Position numbers and translations under genes: made by a program. Positions 61,197 to 64,000 of a stretch of 64,000 nt of DNA are shown in pieces. A model generated the notes under the pieces. That model did not search any database. It saw only the letters and a program-made list of their open reading frames with translations, and was not told the origin of the DNA. The DNA lies in NCBI GenBank assembly GCA_026125385.1, contig JAHCLG010000013.1, positions 3,866 through 67,865 of the forward strand, given 5' to 3'. How positions within the stretch are numbered: position 1 is the first letter of the stretch; each line of letters opens with the position of its first letter. The stretch comes from Legionellales bacterium (GTDB lineage: Bacteria; Pseudomonadota; Gammaproteobacteria; JAHCLG01).

Positions 61197-61949
61197 TTAA
61201 ATAATCCCACTTTCCATGCTGCGCAACTTCAAATCGTCGAATAAGGCGAGATAGAGTCGGTAGTACCAGGGTAAGAAAGCAGTCATGGCGAAGGCTTTGG
61301 CGAAATTATGCGATAAATATAGCGGGGCTTGTGTGGCGGAGTGGGTAATCACCAAGGTTTCGCGAAAAGCGCTATCGATGAGTAGCGTTAATATAAGCGA
61401 GATAATGCCGCCGAGGATTAACAATAAAAAAGTTCGCCACCAATAGTGTTTTACTATGGCGATGCTAGAGGTTAAGGCTTTCCAGGGGTGATAATGCTCT
61501 AATAAAATTAATGCGGGAAATTGACTGAGTAAAATTAATAAAATAATGCCGGGAATAATTAAAATTAAAAGTCCTGATAAACCCGCTATCATGAAAATAA
61601 TAAACCCGCAGAGAAAAAATGGAAATTTTTTAAATGCTAGGCGGAAGAGTTCTGTGGATTGTGTTTGTAGGTGATGCTGTTGATGATAAATACGCAAAAT
61701 TAACCAACAGTGAAGAAATAATAAAATTAGCACATAAGGAAAAAAATACGGTAAAAAAGCGCGCACGCCAGTTTCAATTTGAGCAAAATGTTCAGAGGCG
61801 ATGTTGGGAAAAATTAGCGCGGGTGCTACGGTGATAATGCCAATCAATAAACACAGCGCAAAATTGTTAAGCCATGTTTGTCCAAAGCGAGAAATACTGG
61901 AATGTAAAATTTCGCTGGGGCTATGAGTCGTCAAATTGTGATTGGACAT
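61197..61949 (-). CDS. multi-pass membrane protein of unknown function
   Basis: 250 aa with five or six hydrophobic helices. Confidence 0.45.
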   Translation of the reverse strand: MSNHNLTTHSPSEILHSSISRFGQTWLNNFALCLLIGIITVAPALIFPNIASEHFAQIETGVRAFLPYFFPYVLILLFLHCWLILRIYHQQHHLQTQSTELFRLAFKKFPFFLCGFIIFMIAGLSGLLILIIPGIILLILLSQFPALILLEHYHPWKALTSSIAIVKHYWWRTFLLLILGGIISLILTLLIDSAFRETLVITHSATQAPLYLSHNFAKAFAMTAFLPWYYRLYLALFDDLKLRSMESGII

Positions 61950-62049
61950 GGTGGACTTCCTTGTGCTGCCATTTGCCGAGTATGTTCACTTTACAAGCGC
62001 GGATGATAGTATAATATACTTCCAACAGTGAAATGAAAAGACCAGGATC

Positions 62050-63375
62050 ATGGGCATTCAGCAACGTATTGCAGAGTTTATTGATAGAGTTCAGGTATCG
62101 ATTATTCAGAGTGTGGAATATTCTGAAGAATATATGGTCATGATAGGTGCAGTAGGGTTTATCGGATTTCCCTTGTTTTATATTTTGTGGAACTATATTT
62201 ATCCCCAAGCATTTGAAAATTTGCAATTACGTTTAATTGGCAGTTTTCTTTGTATGATCTTAATGTTAAAAGACTATTGGCCACCGGCCTGGAAAAAGTT
62301 TTTTCCATTGTATTGGTATGTCACAGCGCTTTATTGCCTGCCTTTTTTCTTTTTATTTTTAGTATTAAAAAATAAATGGACGGTCATTCCAGTGATGGAA
62401 ATGTTGTGTGGCTTATTTTTATTAGTATTATTAGTAGACTGGCTAAGCTTAATTATTTTATGTTTTCTTGGTTCCGCGCTGGCGCTGGTTGTTTATATTA
62501 TCAGCACGCCTAATATTTATTTTGAAAGTATTTATTTGCAATATATTTCTGTATATTTATTTGCAGTGATCGCTGGAACTATTTTTAATTATAAAACCGG
62601 CGTATTAAAACGAGAAAAATTAGCAGTATTATCGATTATTAGCAGCAGTATCGCCCATGAATTACGCACACCGTTGTTAGGCATTAAAAGTGGATCGGTC
62701 GGGATTAAACGTTATTTACCTATTTTATTTGAAGCGTATAACTTAGCACGCGATCACGGGTTGCCCGTCACTAAAATTCGCTCAGCTCACTATAATACCT
62801 TATTGCCGGCCTTAGAGCGTATAGAAAATGAGGCTAATAATGCTAATACGATTATCGACATGCAGTTAATGAATGTGGGTAAGCAAACCATCGACTCAAG
62901 CATGTTTGAGATTTGTTCGATGAATGGCTGCGTTGAAGAAGCATTAATGCGCTATCCGTTTTCTTCCGCGGAAGAATATCGTTTGATCGACTGGAGACCC
63001 AGCGTTGAAGACCTTTATTTTAATGGCGCCAAATTATTAATGGTGCATGTGTTATTTAATTTAATTAAAAATGCATTGCATTTTATTGCTAAAGCGCGTA
63101 AGGGAAAAATAAAAATTTGGCTAGTCATGGAACCTACCCAAGGACATTTGTATTTTCGTGATACTGGAATAGGCATTTCCAGCAATAATTTACCCCGTAT
63201 TTTTGAACGCTTTTATTCAACCACACTCTCCGGCACAGGGATCGGTTTATCGTTTTGTCGTTTAGTCTTAGAAAGTTTTGGTGGGCGAATCACCTGTCGT
63301 TCTCTAGAGGGTGAATTCACTGAATTTTGTTTAACCTTGCCACGCATTGAACATCCTTATTCAGAACTCAACTGA
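62050..63375 (+). CDS. LqsS/CqsS-family six-TM sensor histidine kinase
   Basis: About 190 aa of six TM helices with no periplasmic domain. This is followed directly by the H-box SIAHELRTPL with the His at about residue 203 (LqsS is about H200, LqsT about H204), then a HATPase domain (GIGLSF). Confidence 0.55.
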   Translation: MGIQQRIAEFIDRVQVSIIQSVEYSEEYMVMIGAVGFIGFPLFYILWNYIYPQAFENLQLRLIGSFLCMILMLKDYWPPAWKKFFPLYWYVTALYCLPFFFLFLVLKNKWTVIPVMEMLCGLFLLVLLVDWLSLIILCFLGSALALVVYIISTPNIYFESIYLQYISVYLFAVIAGTIFNYKTGVLKREKLAVLSIISSSIAHELRTPLLGIKSGSVGIKRYLPILFEAYNLARDHGLPVTKIRSAHYNTLLPALERIENEANNANTIIDMQLMNVGKQTIDSSMFEICSMNGCVEEALMRYPFSSAEEYRLIDWRPSVEDLYFNGAKLLMVHVLFNLIKNALHFIAKARKGKIKIWLVMEPTQGHLYFRDTGIGISSNNLPRIFERFYSTTLSGTGIGLSFCRLVLESFGGRITCRSLEGEFTEFCLTLPRIEHPYSELN

Positions 63376-63433
63376 CTTTGCTTCAGTAGGATTTTACGTT
63401 ATCCTATCCACTTTGAGTATGGAGCGCTAAGGG

Positions 63434-64000
63434 ATGCAAAAATACGGAATTCCTGCTTGTTATTATCCAACCACTGTCATTTTTGTGGATGATAGCCAGG
63501 ATTTTTTAATGAATTTTAGTTTGCAGCTAGACCCCGGTCTTGCTTATCAGTTATATACGGCTCCCGACTCCGCTTTAGACACTATTAATTCCCAACATCG
63601 TGAATTGCTCGATCAGAAATGTTTTTCTCATAACTCCGAAGTAACAGGAAATCCTTCAACGACTCATACCATTAAAGTCGATATCAGCTCTATTCATCGT
63701 GAAGTTTACGACCCCCATCGCTTTAATGAAATTTCGGTCGTCGTCGTCGACTTTGCCATGCCTGATATTAACGGTTTAGAGTTTTGTAAAAAACTGATGG
63801 ATAAGCCGGTCAAAAAAATCTTATTAACGGGTCAAGCCGATGCGCAAACGGCAATCGATGCATTCAATGCAGGCATTATTGATCATTTTATTTTAAAAAG
63901 TGATCCGCACGTCATCGAAAAAGTGAATAGTGCCATTTGTGAATTGCAGCAACGCTATTTCCAAGAAAAATCCGATTTCATGGTCAAAGCTTTAGCCATT
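63434..64000 (+). CDS. LqsR-like atypical response regulator (partial, runs off window)
   Basis: RBS TAAGGGA. DD pair at residues 19-20 and the receiver Asp in VVVVDFAMPDINGLEF at about residue 106, with an inserted segment, as in LqsR (D108). Confidence 0.5.
   Translation, partial: MQKYGIPACYYPTTVIFVDDSQDFLMNFSLQLDPGLAYQLYTAPDSALDTINSQHRELLDQKCFSHNSEVTGNPSTTHTIKVDISSIHREVYDPHRFNEISVVVVDFAMPDINGLEFCKKLMDKPVKKILLTGQADAQTAIDAFNAGIIDHFILKSDPHVIEKVNSAICELQQRYFQEKSDFMVKALAI

Noticed and set aside
1-64000. tRNA, rRNA, CRISPR arrays, IS elements with transposase
   Set aside because: I scanned the intergenic gaps by eye for T-loop/GTTCGA-type motifs, regularly spaced direct repeats and transposase-like ORFs and found none. 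This is limited by manual inspection.

Overview
This 64-kb window is a chromosomal segment from an AT-rich gammaproteobacterium. The gene content looks Legionellales-like (Legionella/Coxiella-like), but that is a guess from gene content only and cannot be verified here.

Most of the window is housekeeping. On the minus strand there is a topA (partial) - smg - dprA - LysM cluster. Other core genes are hutU, a bdhA/patatin/acetoacetate-decarboxylase trio, prlC, mpg, a fused-permease ABC transporter, a MotA/MotB-like stator, fmt-rsmB, ppk, priA, an ompR/envZ-like pair, a kefB-like antiporter, tex, gap, tkt, engB, cytochrome c4, dsbA, uvrD, an esterase and a cupin protein.

Accessory content includes an overlapping AbiEi/AbiEii toxin-antitoxin pair, a solo AbiEi-like gene, and a decayed hipBA locus with an array of operator-like palindromes. 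There is a Ser/Thr/Asn-rich repeat protein whose promoter carries a PmrA-box-like motif, and an LqsS/LqsR-like sensor-regulator pair cut by the right window edge. A short dispersed repeat family and a structured candidate sRNA upstream of mpg are also present.

The most striking region is a very AT-rich island of about 9.7 kb (roughly 35.1-44.9 kb) between kefB and tex. It carries an XRE/S24 repressor with palindromic operators. It has an RRE-fused ThiF/MccB-like E1 adenylyltransferase immediately preceded by a 19-codon ORF with the strongest Shine-Dalgarno in the neighbourhood. It also has an orphan family-5 peptide-binding protein, a MATE exporter, an O-methyltransferase broken by a homopolymer frameshift, and a hybrid histidine kinase. 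I interpret this as a candidate undescribed RiPP-like or modified-peptide production/signalling locus.

I found no rRNA, tRNA or CRISPR array.
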